64,000 nt of DNA, taken from NCBI GenBank assembly GCA_035084275.1, contig CM068749.1:19468001-19532000 (forward strand), read 5' to 3'. The translations under genes were made by a program, and so were the position numbers. Shown here piece by piece: positions 13,188 through 26,968 of the stretch (within the stretch, counting starts at the first letter, position 1; each line of letters begins with the position of its first letter). The notes beneath the pieces are model-generated. The model saw only the letters and a program-made list of their open reading frames with translations, had not been told where the DNA came from and searched no databases. The DNA comes from Hydrolagus colliei (Eukaryota).

Positions 13188-14625
13188 AACTGCTTGGATA
13201 TCCCCATTTTGTTTCTTTTTGCTGCTCGCTCTACATTTACTGTCAACATAAGGCAGCAAGCCATTTCGTGAACTCCATTTTGAAGTAATAACTGTTTCGC
13301 TTTGGTGCTGCTATGACTGCATTTTTGTTCTCGCTGATAACTGGGTGCCTATTACGGATTGCAGTTGTGGTTTTGCAGAGATTCTCTTTGGTTTATGGTC
13401 AATTTTGGAGTTCTCGGAGGCTCATATGGTAGCTGTTAAAAATGGTGGCAGTGTTCTATAAATCTGTACACACACACAAGAAAGGATGGATGGATGTGTG
13501 GGTGGCTAATATGGCCATTGCAATCAATAGACTCATGGCGATCATAGACTCTACCCCATGTACAGCAATCAACCGAAAGAGAAAGTTTGCATAAACATTC
13601 TCTTAACCCCAAAGGTAATTAAACAAAATCCAGAGCATGTATCCGTCTCTACGTTTTCTCTGTTCATCACTGGCCATCTGCTTTGTACAGGCCATTCCAA
13701 TCTTATAGCCCATTTTTACTGTCAATTGGAAATTGAAGTGCTCTGAATTTCCTGCACAATTCAGTTTGCAATTGGTAACAAAGATGCACATGTGCAGAAC
13801 TGCCCTCAGTACCCAGCAAGAGCAAGCTGAAGTGGGAAATATAAATTTAGTTTCCCACTAGGAATCATTTAGCTATTCACACTACTTCCAGCACTACAAG
13901 AGAGGGCAATGCATCCACCTGATGTGTATGATTTAGGGCTCCACCTTAGGAACACAGTAGGTTATACATAATTATTCAGCCTAATTCAGCTTCGCCCTAT
14001 CCCATCTCCCTGCCAATTCCGTAACATTTTTTTTACTCCTAAAGTATCTGTCTATTCTCGCTCTTAAATCTCTGACACAATTGTCCTCACTGATACTGAA
14101 CTAATGAAAGAAGGAGTTTCAAGCATCAAGTTTGTTACAAATGATCAGAGAAAAAAAAGCTGGAAGACACAGTTTTTGAAGTGTTTTACATTACTCAGCA
14201 CCCATTGTATTAAAAAAAAGATGTGGCTGAGGTTTAATAACCTATAATTTGTTTTTATTTAAATTTACATAGTTCCCGCTGCTAAATTAAATGTCAGAAT
14301 ACTCAATTTTACAACCCTTAGAGGATTTAGGACACTTACAGGTGTACCGAATGGATGAGTGAATTAAGTGAGCATGATATCGGAAAGTACACACTTAAAG
14401 ACTGTCCAACAATTCCAACTAAATGATGGAACAGGAAATATCAGTAAAAAAGTAAATCTACAATACATCTGTTATATAAACAATGGATACCATTGTTCAG
14501 CGTTGAGTTTGAGGTCGTGAGTGACAAGGAGCACAAGTTAATAAATTGAAACCATGCAATCCTCTGCTCCATCTGCCAGCCCCCATTGTATTAAACCCTG
14601 TGTGTTTAAGCGTGTTGAGTTTTAC

Positions 14626-14795
14626 CTCCTCCGGGACCGCCCTGATGTTGGTAAATCCTTTTCTGAAAACCACAAACGCCCGACGAGCACCACAGCGTAA
14701 TGCAGATGTAGCACAATCAAAGGCTGTGTCTCCAGCACCAAGTATAATCACTGTTCCTCGGAGGGTTGGCAGTTTGGCGTTACAGGCACACATTC
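14626..14795 (-). CDS. DPYD: DPYD coding exon 10 (170 nt)
   Basis: Encodes (G)[56 protein letters not shown], with the NADPH-binding GAGDTA and FRKG motifs. Acceptor is ttcag and donor is GAG|gtaaaa. Confidence 0.98.
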
Positions 14796-15074
14796 CTGAA
14801 AAACATTACAGCGTTATCTTAAAGTCAATGTCATTGTCGCACGTGATACAGCGTCTTCACAGGATTTACTGTACAATGCAGCTCCCAAGTCAATCCTAAT
14901 CTTTTGAGGACCGATGATGGTGTTAGACTAACATTTTTTGCAGATTCAATTGGTTAGAGGACATACAATTCAGCGGAAAGGATTCCCCCCTATAAATGAA
15001 CGGCCAAGAAATCATCCGGCGATCAAGTTTCACAAACTTTTTCGCAGAAGAGGAGGCAACACTAAAACATCTAC

Positions 15075-15182
15075 CTGCTTTGCTGGCTTTGGCAACAAGG
15101 GGCAGGAAGTCTTTGGATGTGTAGAAGCCATTTTCCATTGTTAAGCCTTTGAAAATGTGATCTTTCTTTGGCTCCGGTAAAC
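15075..15182 (-). CDS. DPYD: DPYD coding exon 9 (108 nt)
   Basis: Encodes (G)[35 protein letters not shown](G). Acceptor is poly-T then aacag; donor is G|gtagat. Confidence 0.97.
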
Positions 15183-18100
15183 CTGTTAAAAAAAAACAGT
15201 TCACTTCATCAAACAATAATGTACCAAATAAGAGTCTTGTGATAATAGACATAAACAATTTTTAAAAAATAGATAATTTCCACAATTCAGATTACTTTCT
15301 GCTGATGCTGAAAACACTAACTGACATCTACGCAAACAACTTTCTCGAATACAGATGTGGGTAGAATTTTCTTTGGACTCATTAGTTTTTTTCCAGAAAT
15401 TACATACAAATAACTGTATTAAATAAGAGGTGAGAAAAGTGCTGAGAATGGGACCTTGTTAAGAGTTAATGCTGCTGATGTGGGAAGCTACTGATTTTAC
15501 CGTGTGTTTATACTAATGATTTATTATTACTACAATATTATTATTATTATAAGCTGGATGCAGTGAAGAAGTCTTTCTTATTTTGCTGCATTTTTGACTG
15601 TCTATTGAAAGAGCACATGTACAAACATTTATCCAGCAAATTGAATCTCTTTACCCAGGGACCTAATCTTTACCGATCAGCAAACATATGCACACACCTA
15701 TCTTTCAATATTTTAGAAATTGGAAAAAGACTCAAAGTGCATTCAGATTGAAAATTATTCATTTAGAACAAAGTACGCAAGTTGAGAAGCAGGGGCATTG
15801 TAGTCAACTTTAAGGCTTTTAAGAATTATACTCCCAACATTTTTTATTACTGAACAGGACACCGTACTGAATTATTATCCTAATAAGATATTCTTGCTGC
15901 CACTGGAATCTGCTGTGATTTCATTTGTGATATTTGCACAGGGACATGTAAGTAGCCAATTCTAGCTTTGTTCCAAGTGTTACTCCACTCATTTGCTGAC
16001 TTGATGAAATCCAAACTGAGATTGGTATCGCTTTGCTATTTACAATCTTGTTTCTAATATCACACAATAGACTCCATTTACACACTATGATGTTGCAGAT
16101 ATTGTAAAACTGGGCCTATGCGTTGCAAAAAAAAATCCCCGAAATGTTATGATGCATTTAAAATGATTTAACCCACTGAGCTCATGCAATTACAGAAAGC
16201 AATTTACTTCTGACTTCACATGCAGTGTGACATGTGTCTAATGACTACCTTACCAGTAATCACATTTATTTGATTAATGTGGAGTTGGGAGTCAGCGTGA
16301 CAAACAGTGACAAATTTAAGTGGAATGCTTATTTTAGTGCATGACAAAGGAACTCTCCACTTTAGGGTATCATTCAAAATGAAAGAAAGCACCAACTCAC
16401 TGGAGATGTAGCGAAGAATGATATTCAAGTTCGAAATGTTAGAATAAAGGGAACATTCGAGTGAATTCACTCATTTCAAAGACGCAATTCGGTATTGTGT
16501 CTGGCAAATAGAGCGTTTTAATAAATGCTACATAGATAACGTGTTTTAGCATGTGCTGTTTTCCGTCTGTTTTGCTGGCAGTCAGAACAGTCATTCTACA
16601 GCATAAACTCATGGAGAATGAAACTCTTGGAAACAATGGAACAGTAGAGAACTTGAAGCTATTCAGACTCCAAGACCACTATAAAGAAGAAAGGTATTCA
16701 GTTTCTCCCACAGTTGTCCATAACAAGTCTCCCTTATTTATTTTTTGTCCAATTCCCTGTTTGGTCACTTAGTGGCAGAGAGTTTGGCGATAAGAACTAA
16801 AGGAAATTCAAGCCAAGAAGTCAAAACATCAACAACACCAAAATTACACTGATAGAGCGCCTTTCACGTTGGGAGGACGTCCCAAGGCGCTGAAGCCTGA
16901 GCTGCTGTTGTGATGTTGAGGTCCAAAATCACATCACAGAACAACATCGAACATTAATTTGCTGGCTACCCACATAAATCCACTGCTTCCAAAATCACTC
17001 TCACTTCACATCAATACGGTTGATTTATTTGGAGACATGGAGCAGACTCGAGCCTGCTGAGAGGAAGGGGCGGGCAGGTTGGTAGAAGGGAGCCTATGTT
17101 TTTTTAAAAAAGACAAATTTGAAAGGCAAACAATACTTCATCTTCGCTCATTAAGAAATGGGAACAAGCTACATATTTCATTATCAATAGAAAAGAACCA
17201 AACGGATATGTCCTATATATGGGGAGGGAAGAGGGCCTAATATGTTCCAAGGTAAAAACTTTGAAGCCTATAATCTTTAATACTTGTTATACTGACCTTA
17301 CCTAGGAATTGTGGAGGACAAACAAAGCGCAGCATCCATTAATGAAATTAATTTGTGTGTGTTTTTCTTCCCCCCAAGTTAATGACTTAAAAGAAAAAGG
17401 CTTTGCACCATTACATTTGCCAATGTCATCTACGCTCTCACTAAAGTCAACATTAACAGTGACAGCTTTACAATGTTTAAGAGCAACCTTGGAAACATCT
17501 GCCCATTGATACTGTCCAAATAGTTGCAGTATCTGCCTTAAATCACATCTCTAGTAGACTTTACAAACATCATCTCCACCAGTGCTAGCTAATCTCCTTG
17601 GTTCTTAAATCTGCCACATAAAGACTAAACCTCTGTTGTTGACCAACAAAATAAATGTTTGTTGATTGAATATTTCTTGATTTGTGGCATAAATCTATGC
17701 TATTTTATTATTTGTGTGATTATTTTGTTGGACAACCAAAAATATTGGACACCACTGATCTACACCAACACATTGATTTTTTTTTGTATCAATTGTTTGA
17801 GCTTTTTTCAAAATCCCCTTCCTATTTTGGGATACATTTCAACAATACATTTCTCATACGTACTGAGTCAGTTATAGTATCAGCTAGTCTATTTACTGGG
17901 AGAAGACCTGCTTATTGGGAGAGGTCAGATACCAAACTAGCTAGGGTCAGAAAATCCATTAAAATTTTACTGTAAGACTTTTGTGTCTTAAAATTTGCGC
18001 AGAATATTTTCAAAAATAAATCCGGCTCCTAAATCAAGACTTGATTTCCTAAAACAAAATGGTCTTCCTGTAAATATGTTGGTGGAAATCTTTTGATCTC

Positions 18101-21100
18101 ATTTAACTTATTCTTTGCAATGGCAGTTCAACCCCCGCTCTGCCTGTTTCTGATCTACGGCCTTTGAACCACTTAACCCCATGCTACTTTTCTGATAATA
18201 TTTTCCGCTTTGCTCCCAGTCACCTTCAGCATCACCAACACTACTACTTGTGAGGCAATCCACAACGCACACACTCTTTTTTTTGTTTAGAAAAAAATCT
18301 AACACCATCTGTCTATTTCTTTTGCGTGAAATCTGATTCTGGAAAACGTTTTTATTAGAGAAAAAAAATACAATCCATTTCACCGTTACAATTATCAAAT
18401 GGCACTTCAGTGCTTAAATATTCCCTGTTTCATGTCAATATATTTTTAGGAAATTCACTATAAAATGTCCCACTTCTGCATTGCAGACACCGAAATTAAA
18501 GTAGCTTTACAATTTAATTATCTTACTTTAGTAAAAACCCACCTTCTACTAATTACACAGTCTACTAATTACATTCTTAAACAGTTTTTTTGCATTGGTT
18601 TGCATTGCACGTTTCTGCCTAGAACCTATCATTAATGCATTTTGTACAGCAGTTCTATTGAGCAAGGGTAATTAAAAGTCCTTTTCCACAGCAGTTGTTT
18701 GACCTGTGATAGAGCAACCTATCACATTTCCATTCATTATTTCTACGTGATGAGTTTGCCCTACTCACTTAAGTATAAATCCCTCTTCCCAGGTGTAAAG
18801 GTAGCCTGTTCCATCTGGTCTGTAGCCACTCAAGCCTGTGCGCCTCTGAAACTGTGCAACAACCCAGATCATGACACCGCCTCCCAGAAATCTGTAACCT
18901 TCACAATCAATAGTATTTGGAACCTGTAAGTGCACAGTTGAGCGGAACACAAGCCATGCCCTATCCTCGTTAACCACACTGAGCTCTGATAGTACAACCT
19001 ACTCCCTGGTGTCTGGTATGATCAATCTTAATTTCCTGACCAGGAATAAAACAACACAGACCTTCAATTTGGGACCCATCTGTAAAGGATATTATAGATT
19101 TGTACATCTTCAGTGTGAATGGACAGACTAATTCACTCAATGGTTCCAGGGCCAAAAATATATCCCAGTTATTGCTTCTTGTTACCTAGAAGGCATTTCT
19201 GAGCACGGTTATTGACCATGCAAATTATAAAATTAAAGTTAATTTGGCAATTCACAAAAATGATTTTTCTTCGTTAAGGTATCTGTAAGTGATTAAAAAG
19301 AATAGGATAAAAATGTAATCTACATCCGGCAATCATTTTTACTTCACAAGATGATCAATATGAATACATTTTTTAAAAATGCTTGTGTTTAAAAAAACAG
19401 TTGTTAAGAGTTCTTCTGAAGTATTTGTATTACAAGCAGTTTCTGATAAGGACATTTCCTTTTGTTTCAAGTGTATTTAGTAGACGAAATGCATTGATTT
19501 TATTTTCACCCCGTCAAAAAGCATTTATAAATTCTGCAACTAAAGGCAGTAGTTTGTTACCTTAATGGCATTTTAAGAATAAATTGAGAAATTGTACCTT
19601 GGACACACGTTTATAAATTACAAAACAGAGATAAAGGCAGTCTGTTTATTACTAATCGGATTCCAGAATACCATTTGATAAAAGTTGAAACAGCTGGGTA
19701 TGCATTTCTCCCTACATCAAGGAGGATTTTATAACAAAACAGCAGTCATGAATCACTGCCTCATTACTGGACTGTCATCTGGACTTCTCTAAATGTATTC
19801 TGGCTTGCTGCCATTCCAAAATGTTCAATGAAACATCCTTAAGGCTCTCTACAAGATTGGCTAATATTACACAGATGCAATATATCATCAAATGACATTA
19901 ATGCTATCATAGCTTAATAAATAGCACCATTTAAGCAAGGTAACATTTTTCCTATGGCCTAGAACGTTTCATATGTGATGATATTCTACCATGTACTGAT
20001 TTTCCCTCCCAATTTTCTCCCCCCACCCTCCTGCTCCTCCTCTCCTGACTCTTATTTTGGCTTTGGTTCCCATGGGTGATGATGACATCCCACTAGTGTC
20101 TCACTCAAGTAGTCACTCTTCACACATATAAGTAGACTATGATCAGCAGTAGGTTTTTCAACTGTGTTAAGCATCACAACCGAGCCGACTCCTGTTCTCA
20201 GTTGACATCCACTTGCCATCAAGAGTCAGTGCAGAGCAATCAGTAGCAGGAACACTGATTGACTTTTTCCCCTTACAGTCACTGCTCAGTACAAATTGCC
20301 GGCTACATTTGCCTCCAAAGGCACAGTCACCTCACCTTACAGTAAATCCTGTGGAGCCCTTCGGGATGTTCCAAACGATGTGATAGAATAAATTATTAAA
20401 TTATCAGCAAATAACAATGAAAGTGTCGGTGACAAGTCGAGTAATGTCATTACTTTACTGTCCTTTTCCAATTGTTCATTCATGATTTTAATATTAGGGG
20501 GAGGGAAAAACAAACATTAGCATAAAGTCATTTAGTTATACTGTATTAATGACGATTAGACTGACCACACTAGAAACTGTACATCGCCTGCAGTATATCT
20601 CTGCTTTTCCATATGTGATACATTTACGATTTGGCATTAGAGGCTGCAAATCTCATGTGGAAAGATGAACTAAAAACAAACTGGCCTCAAGGATTCAGTT
20701 GATAATCCAACACTAAGAATTTAAAATTCAAAATCCTGGATCAATCTGCCATCTAACTTCAAAGCACTTTGACTGACCTAATAAGGCAGAAACAGCTTTT
20801 ATGTCTTCATTTATGGTTAACATAAATCGTGAACATTTTTACTGTGAATACTGATCCAACCAAAAAACAGATCATCTGACACTAGCATGATTTCCATCAA
20901 CATATATAAAACATGGGCATAAGTGGATATGCAGTATTTACAACCGTGATACCATGTCCTATTTTTAATTCTTTAACGATGATAATGGAAGCACATTCAA
21001 TGGTATTACACAATTAATACATATTTCAACTGTTCTATACTTAACTATTTATCTACCTTCCATTATAGAAGGTAGTGTTATGCACCTCGTGCCATCTCTA

Positions 21101-22474
21101 GCAAATCAAATCATTTGACTACTATAGAATGTGTTGAGATTAGATGTATATTAAGTACAGGTACTAAGACAATCTGGAAATATTAAACCTATAAGACGGA
21201 AACGTATCAAATGTTGCCCTGGGTTCACCAATTTCTCAGCTTAGATATGAACAGTATAATTATGTGTAAGTTGAATGTGTAAAATATGGAACTAGTTTTA
21301 CGCAACTGCAAATTAAAGCGGATTCTATTTCAGTATTCCTTCCCTCTGTGAGCTCCATTCAGCACCTAACCTGAGAACAGCTAAAGTTGTAAACTCAGTT
21401 TATAATTGAGATTTCAGTAAGCGTGTTCACAATTAAATCCTGTTGGTCGAGGGAATTTACAACATTGCTACAAAACTCTCACAATCATATTTTCAAACCG
21501 TAAAAATAATCGCAGTGCAATCAACTTGACTATGGAACCATTAACTGTAGTCGGATAAACTTTGTTATTTTTAAAAAAGTTAAAACTCGCGCTACATGAA
21601 TATGTAGTGATACAGTAACTCATGTGTTAAACTACAGTTATCTGTTGCTATGCAACTGGCATGCAAATGTATGAGGCCACACATTGAGATATTTGCGGAT
21701 CAAGTAATTTAGTAAACCTAATCAACTACAATTCAGAGATGCACATCAAACAAATGTAAAGGAATACTTCGGCATTATACTTGTCGCGATTCCTTTTAAC
21801 GGCACAAAAAATATACCGTCACTTCACTTGACAGTATATTTTGTGAATCGCTCTGAGACGTCTAAAAGACGTGAGAAGCCCCAAACCAAATGCAAGGATT
21901 ATTATTTTTAAATGTTTTGGGAGATATTGCAAACGACACAAGATACAGCGAAGCAGCAGTTGTGTAGTTTGATACTGTATATTGTTTTTAGACTTTTTGG
22001 CGTGTTTGGTTGGATAAATATAGGAGAGTTGCCCTGAGAACACTGCAGCCTTTTACAGACAAAGCAATAGAGTTTTAACCCTAATTATCAAATGTAAAAA
22101 GGAAATCACACTTGAACACAGTGAAACATTCATGTGTCTAGTGATAGTCTAGTCGGTGAATAAAATACACTTGTCATTTGGTTATTCTTACTCCCTTTTT
22201 GTAAGACATTAATGGTATAATAGATCATTTAAATCTATTTGTGCCATAATGGTCTTCTCTTTGTGAATTTTACAAATCAGAATGTCGGGACCAACCCAAT
22301 TGAAGTACTTTGTTGTTGTCATATGATGATTGGTTCCCTAGCAACAAAATAAGCAAATTAAACCCAACTGTTCTACACCAGCAGCCTTCTGACTGGTCTT
22401 TCCTATACTGTATATATATATACAGTATAGGAAATGTATATGTATAACAAAAGGCCAACCATAAATTGGTAGTG

Positions 22475-22705
22475 GAAGTTTCCTTACTCCACATGCCTAA
22501 TAATAGTCCGTCCAAAAAAAACCACAATAATAAAAATTTGTCATTTTCAATCCACAACTGTTTTGGGACGCTGCTGTGCGCAATTGGCTACTGTGTTTTG
22601 CCCACAAATATACAGTCAATTCACTTTACAGTACATTCTGTGAAGCGCTTTGCGACATCAATAAGATGTGAAAAGCGCTATATCAAATGCAAGGATTATT
22701 ATTTA
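22475..22705 (+). mobile_element. tRNA/Deu SINE, 5' truncated
   Basis: Family body, core and (ATT)n tail. Confidence 0.88.
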
Positions 22706-25131
22706 TATTTAATTATGATGTGTTCTATTTTCAATCTTGCTAAACACTATAGGATGTTGAATGTTTTAGGTGCAAAGTCCTGTCATTCTGCAGCAAAGAC
22801 AGAGACACATGCTTACATTGTATGCGCCCGAGGCAACAGCAACAACAACAACAAAATTACATTTGTATAGTGCCTCTTATGTCGAGACAACATTCATTTG
22901 TCCGTGGGATACCTCTATGTGATTTTTTTAAGCATCCAACCTTTGGTTGTTAGATCTGGTGAGATCTGGGAAGTGGATGAGAAAGAAAATGCTGAGTTTT
23001 AATTCAATGGTTTCTATTGCCAAAGTTATCAGAATTGTTGCATTTGTTATTTTTAACATATGGTAAAATAATGGCATGTGTTATTTGCTGCAGTTCTACA
23101 TAATAAGTATTGGGTCGACAATATCTAATAGCCTTCACTGTGACGTATTTCTACACAATTCATGTGCTGTGATATCATGTTTAATTCTCGAGATGCATAG
23201 AATTATCACAGCAATAAATGCAGTGTAATCTGAAAACGTAATAAGATAACATTGCATGTGCCCTACCCTCTTCACAGACGACTTTGTCGTGGGCATTGGT
23301 ATCATCAACACAAGTCACAGCACATTAATTTCCCCTTTTTGTCATGGATGATAGATGCCAGTAATCCAGCTGTGTTGATTTTAATAAAGCAACACAGTGA
23401 TTTGTATCTGGCACCACAGGAAGACCTGTGTTTTTTTAAACTATAATACCTCCGTGCGACAAACCTTTCAATGGATTTGTGCCTCCATTTGTCACATGTT
23501 GCATCTCATTTATTTAATTCAAACAGAGGTGCTTAAATCTCTAATTTGCAGCAAGCAGGCAATACTCTCAGAATAATAAATCATTTCTTACAAATCTCTC
23601 CAGTAGCTTCAACACTGCTCACTCATTAATCAGGCAATGCATCGATGCCATAACACCTCCACTGCTAGGACAAGATGCTTCATTTAGATTCTAAACTTTT
23701 ACTGACTGGTTATTTTCCAAACGCATATGTAATCTGCATTAAAGAAATTCTGTCTCTCACTTTACTAATCAAACGGCTGCTTTGCCTACACCGATGGTAT
23801 TACACGATTATTGATTCTTCCAATCTTTAAAAGATGCACTGCAGTTTATTGTGTATTGCATCAACAATATTAAAATGCTAATTGTGCAGATATGTTGCAG
23901 TCCACTTCTTAGGCTATATCAGAATCTCCTATTTATAACTCAGAGGATTGGAGGGATGGGCCCTTCATTTTGTACAGTGTGAGGAATAAATTAAACCTGC
24001 TTACACAAGTTCATTGTGTTGAGCAACCAATTTATATGGAGTGTGCAGTGCACCTGATGTTTTATAAAGAACTACATTCAGTATCAGTTTATTTACATAC
24101 ACTCACATCGAGGAACATAGAGATTTTACTGCTGGGACAGATCCTAATTTCATAACAAGGCCAACACATGGGTAAAGGATTCCCCGTAAAGTACTTTGAA
24201 AAATCGAGTCAAATGAAACATCTTGCAATTGGCATATCCTTTTAAACCCTGCTGTGTATTCTAAACCGAAAACTCATCAATTCTGAAGCACCTTGAATAA
24301 TTACAAAGGGAAGATTTTTTTTAAAAAAAAGCATGTGGGAGCATACTGGTTCCAAACAAGTCAAGGTTGTGAATGCTTTTCAAGCACTTGAAGTGCTGAA
24401 GAGAAACAAAATGGTAAACTATTCAGGAAGGAACAGCTATTATGGGATATTGTAAAACTATTGAAAAGCCTTGCAAAATGATTCGCATGGCGCTATAATT
24501 GCAAAACACTCTTCCTGTGAGATTCTTTGCACGAAACGCCGTGACCTACTTAAACACATTAAAATGGTTACACTACATAGTTTAAAGCCAAACTACATAC
24601 ACGCCAACTGCAAAAATCAACTTATGCATTCATAAAAAATAAAAAAAAACTTTTTATTTAATAATTCAACGCTTTTAAGTGTGCTCACAGGACTGGGTGA
24701 TTTACTGCTATATCCTATAGGATAAACGGAATTGACAATAAACAGAATTTGTGGCTTCCATGCAGTATAAAATTCTTCTAGACATTTTATAAAATGATCA
24801 TCTAAACTCCTGACACTAAATATTACAGAAAGGCTAGGTTCTAAAATGCATATATCAACTGCCCATCTAAAACTACGTAACAATATTCATTGGCATTATC
24901 TAGTTGCATAATGCGTCCCACAACTGAACATGCATCAATACAAAATGCTGTCGTGCACATCTGCTTGGCGATGAATTGTACTGTAATGTTAGCAAAATAA
25001 TATGTGGCATTCATAAACTGGATTTAAATCCATCCAATTGGCAATATTTATCCAATGGTGGACACAATATTGTTTATCCAGCTATATCTGCTGCAAACAT
25101 ACAGTAAACTTAATGCAATTTGTACACTGAC

Positions 25132-25219
25132 CTATACCAATGAAGACCGCCTTGTATCCATTTTGCTTCAAGGTTTCCAGAGTCATGCCTTCCATTCCCA
25201 GGCCTTTACCAAAAACAAT
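25132..25219 (-). CDS. DPYD: DPYD coding exon 8 (88 nt; not in the ORF track)
   Basis: Manual translation gives IVFGKGLGMEGMTLETLKQNGYKAVFIGI(G). Acceptor is ttag and donor is G|gtcagt. Confidence 0.96.
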
Positions 25220-25374
25220 CTAACAAAATAAGGAAAAATAACTTCCATGATTTACTGAGTGTTAAAACTATTTAGGATTGTGTTGGATAATAATAATAAT
25301 ATTCACACAGTCCGCGCTTTTAACTCCCGGGCAGACAGTGGGTGGGGGTGGGGAATACTGCGAGTCAGTTACAG

Positions 25375-25640
25375 TCAGAGAGTGAAGTGATTTGAGACGA
25401 CTCAATGACCTGATAAGCTGCTATTGTATATCAAATGCAAGCATTATTATATAGTATTCCAAACGATAATAATTTAGTAATTTCAATCCACGACTGTTTG
25501 TGGGACACTGCTGTGTGCAATTGGCTACCACGTTTCACCCACAAATATACAGTCAATTGACTTTACAGTATATTCTGTGAAACGCTTTGAGACGTCTAGA
25601 AGACCTGAAAAGCGCTATATCAAATGCAAGGATTATTATT
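25375..25640 (+). mobile_element. Two tandem SINE 3' fragments
   Basis: A degenerate tail at ~25375-25452 is followed by a core plus tail at ~25465-25640. Confidence 0.82.
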
Positions 25641-26268
25641 GAATTGAATATAGAATTACTGCAGAAGTTTCGCAAACTGGAGGACAAGTGAGTTCAAACC
25701 ACTTTAGCATCTTAAAGTATGTAACATTTATTTACTGCTGCACTAGTTTGATGTGCAGTTTTTTTGTGTAGACATTTTGGTGGGGGAGGGGGGAATATTA
25801 GACTTCTACAATAAAGTTAAAAGGCTAGAGGTTTGAGTCTTAGAGGACCATTAGTTGGAATCACTCGTCTCAAAATCAGAAAGCGGTTTTATTGTTGTGT
25901 TGTGCTCAATCACTTTCTTTTAAAAAAAATCAATTTGAAAGATAGTATCACAAAATATAAACACATTTGAAACAAAGATTGAACTATTATTTTACACTGA
26001 ATGCTTATAGGAATTTAGCAATTTGTTTCTCTTAAAACAATTAATCACATCCTGCCAAATCAAAAGAGAACTATCGATTGCCCTTTTCCAGAATGTTGGC
26101 ATTCAAGCCAGACAGACAAATATCCTAAACTAAAGGTTTATTTCCGACTCCAGCAACTAGCGTTCCTTTTAATTGTACTTTGCTAATCTAAGTGACATTT
26201 TGCTGTTAAATCTATCTTGAACATTAAGCCATTTTTCATTTTCTCTACATGTGTTGTCTCTCAATTAC

Positions 26269-26350
26269 CTTCACGCCAAGGTCTTTCATCAGCTTGATCT
26301 CAAACTGGACAACATTATAAGGCAGTCTGAATTGAGGGATCTCACTTGTG
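26269..26350 (-). CDS. DPYD: DPYD coding exon 7 (82 nt)
   Basis: Encodes (S)[27 protein letters not shown]. Acceptor is tag and donor is AAG|gtaatt. Confidence 0.97.
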
Positions 26351-26771
26351 CTACAAGAAACGAAAATGTGTCCCATTAAACCGCATTGATTAGAAAAGTG
26401 CTGATTTAGTTGCAAGTCAACATCTTTAAATGTAGTGTTAAAATGTTTGGACACAGCTTGATTTCAATCACTCTTAATGGAAACACAGATACATAGTGGG
26501 ATGAGATAATTATGCGTTTCTAATCTTTAAAAATGACAATTCAACTCAATCTTAATATTAACTTGTTTTTAAAGAGTAAAAAGTCAATGCTCCTGTAGAA
26601 TATACCAGAGAAATGCGAACATGACACAAGTGATAGGATAAACAACAATAACAGCAATAAACTTACATTTCTAAAGCGCCGTTCACGTCGGCCGGACGTC
26701 CCAAGTCGCTGGGACACTCTGCATACAATATTCAATTTGATTATATTTGCGAAAGCAAAGACAAGAACTAC

Positions 26772-26968
26772 CTCAAGCCTCCAAGATATTGCTGTTTCTC
26801 GAATATTGTTACGTCCGTGTAGCCCAGTCGAGCCAAGAAAGAACCACAGCTGATGCTGGCTGGTCCACATCCGATCAGGGCTATTTTATCACGATAGCTG
26901 TCAGGCAGTTCATTGGGATGTGGAAGCGATGGATTCCGAATCTGAGGGACCTTCATAGCTTTGAAAAC
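26772..26968 (-). CDS. DPYD: DPYD coding exon 6 (197 nt)
   Basis: Encodes [16 protein letters not shown]...[38 protein letters not shown](S), containing the FAD-binding GxGPA motif. AG/GT boundaries. Confidence 0.97.
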
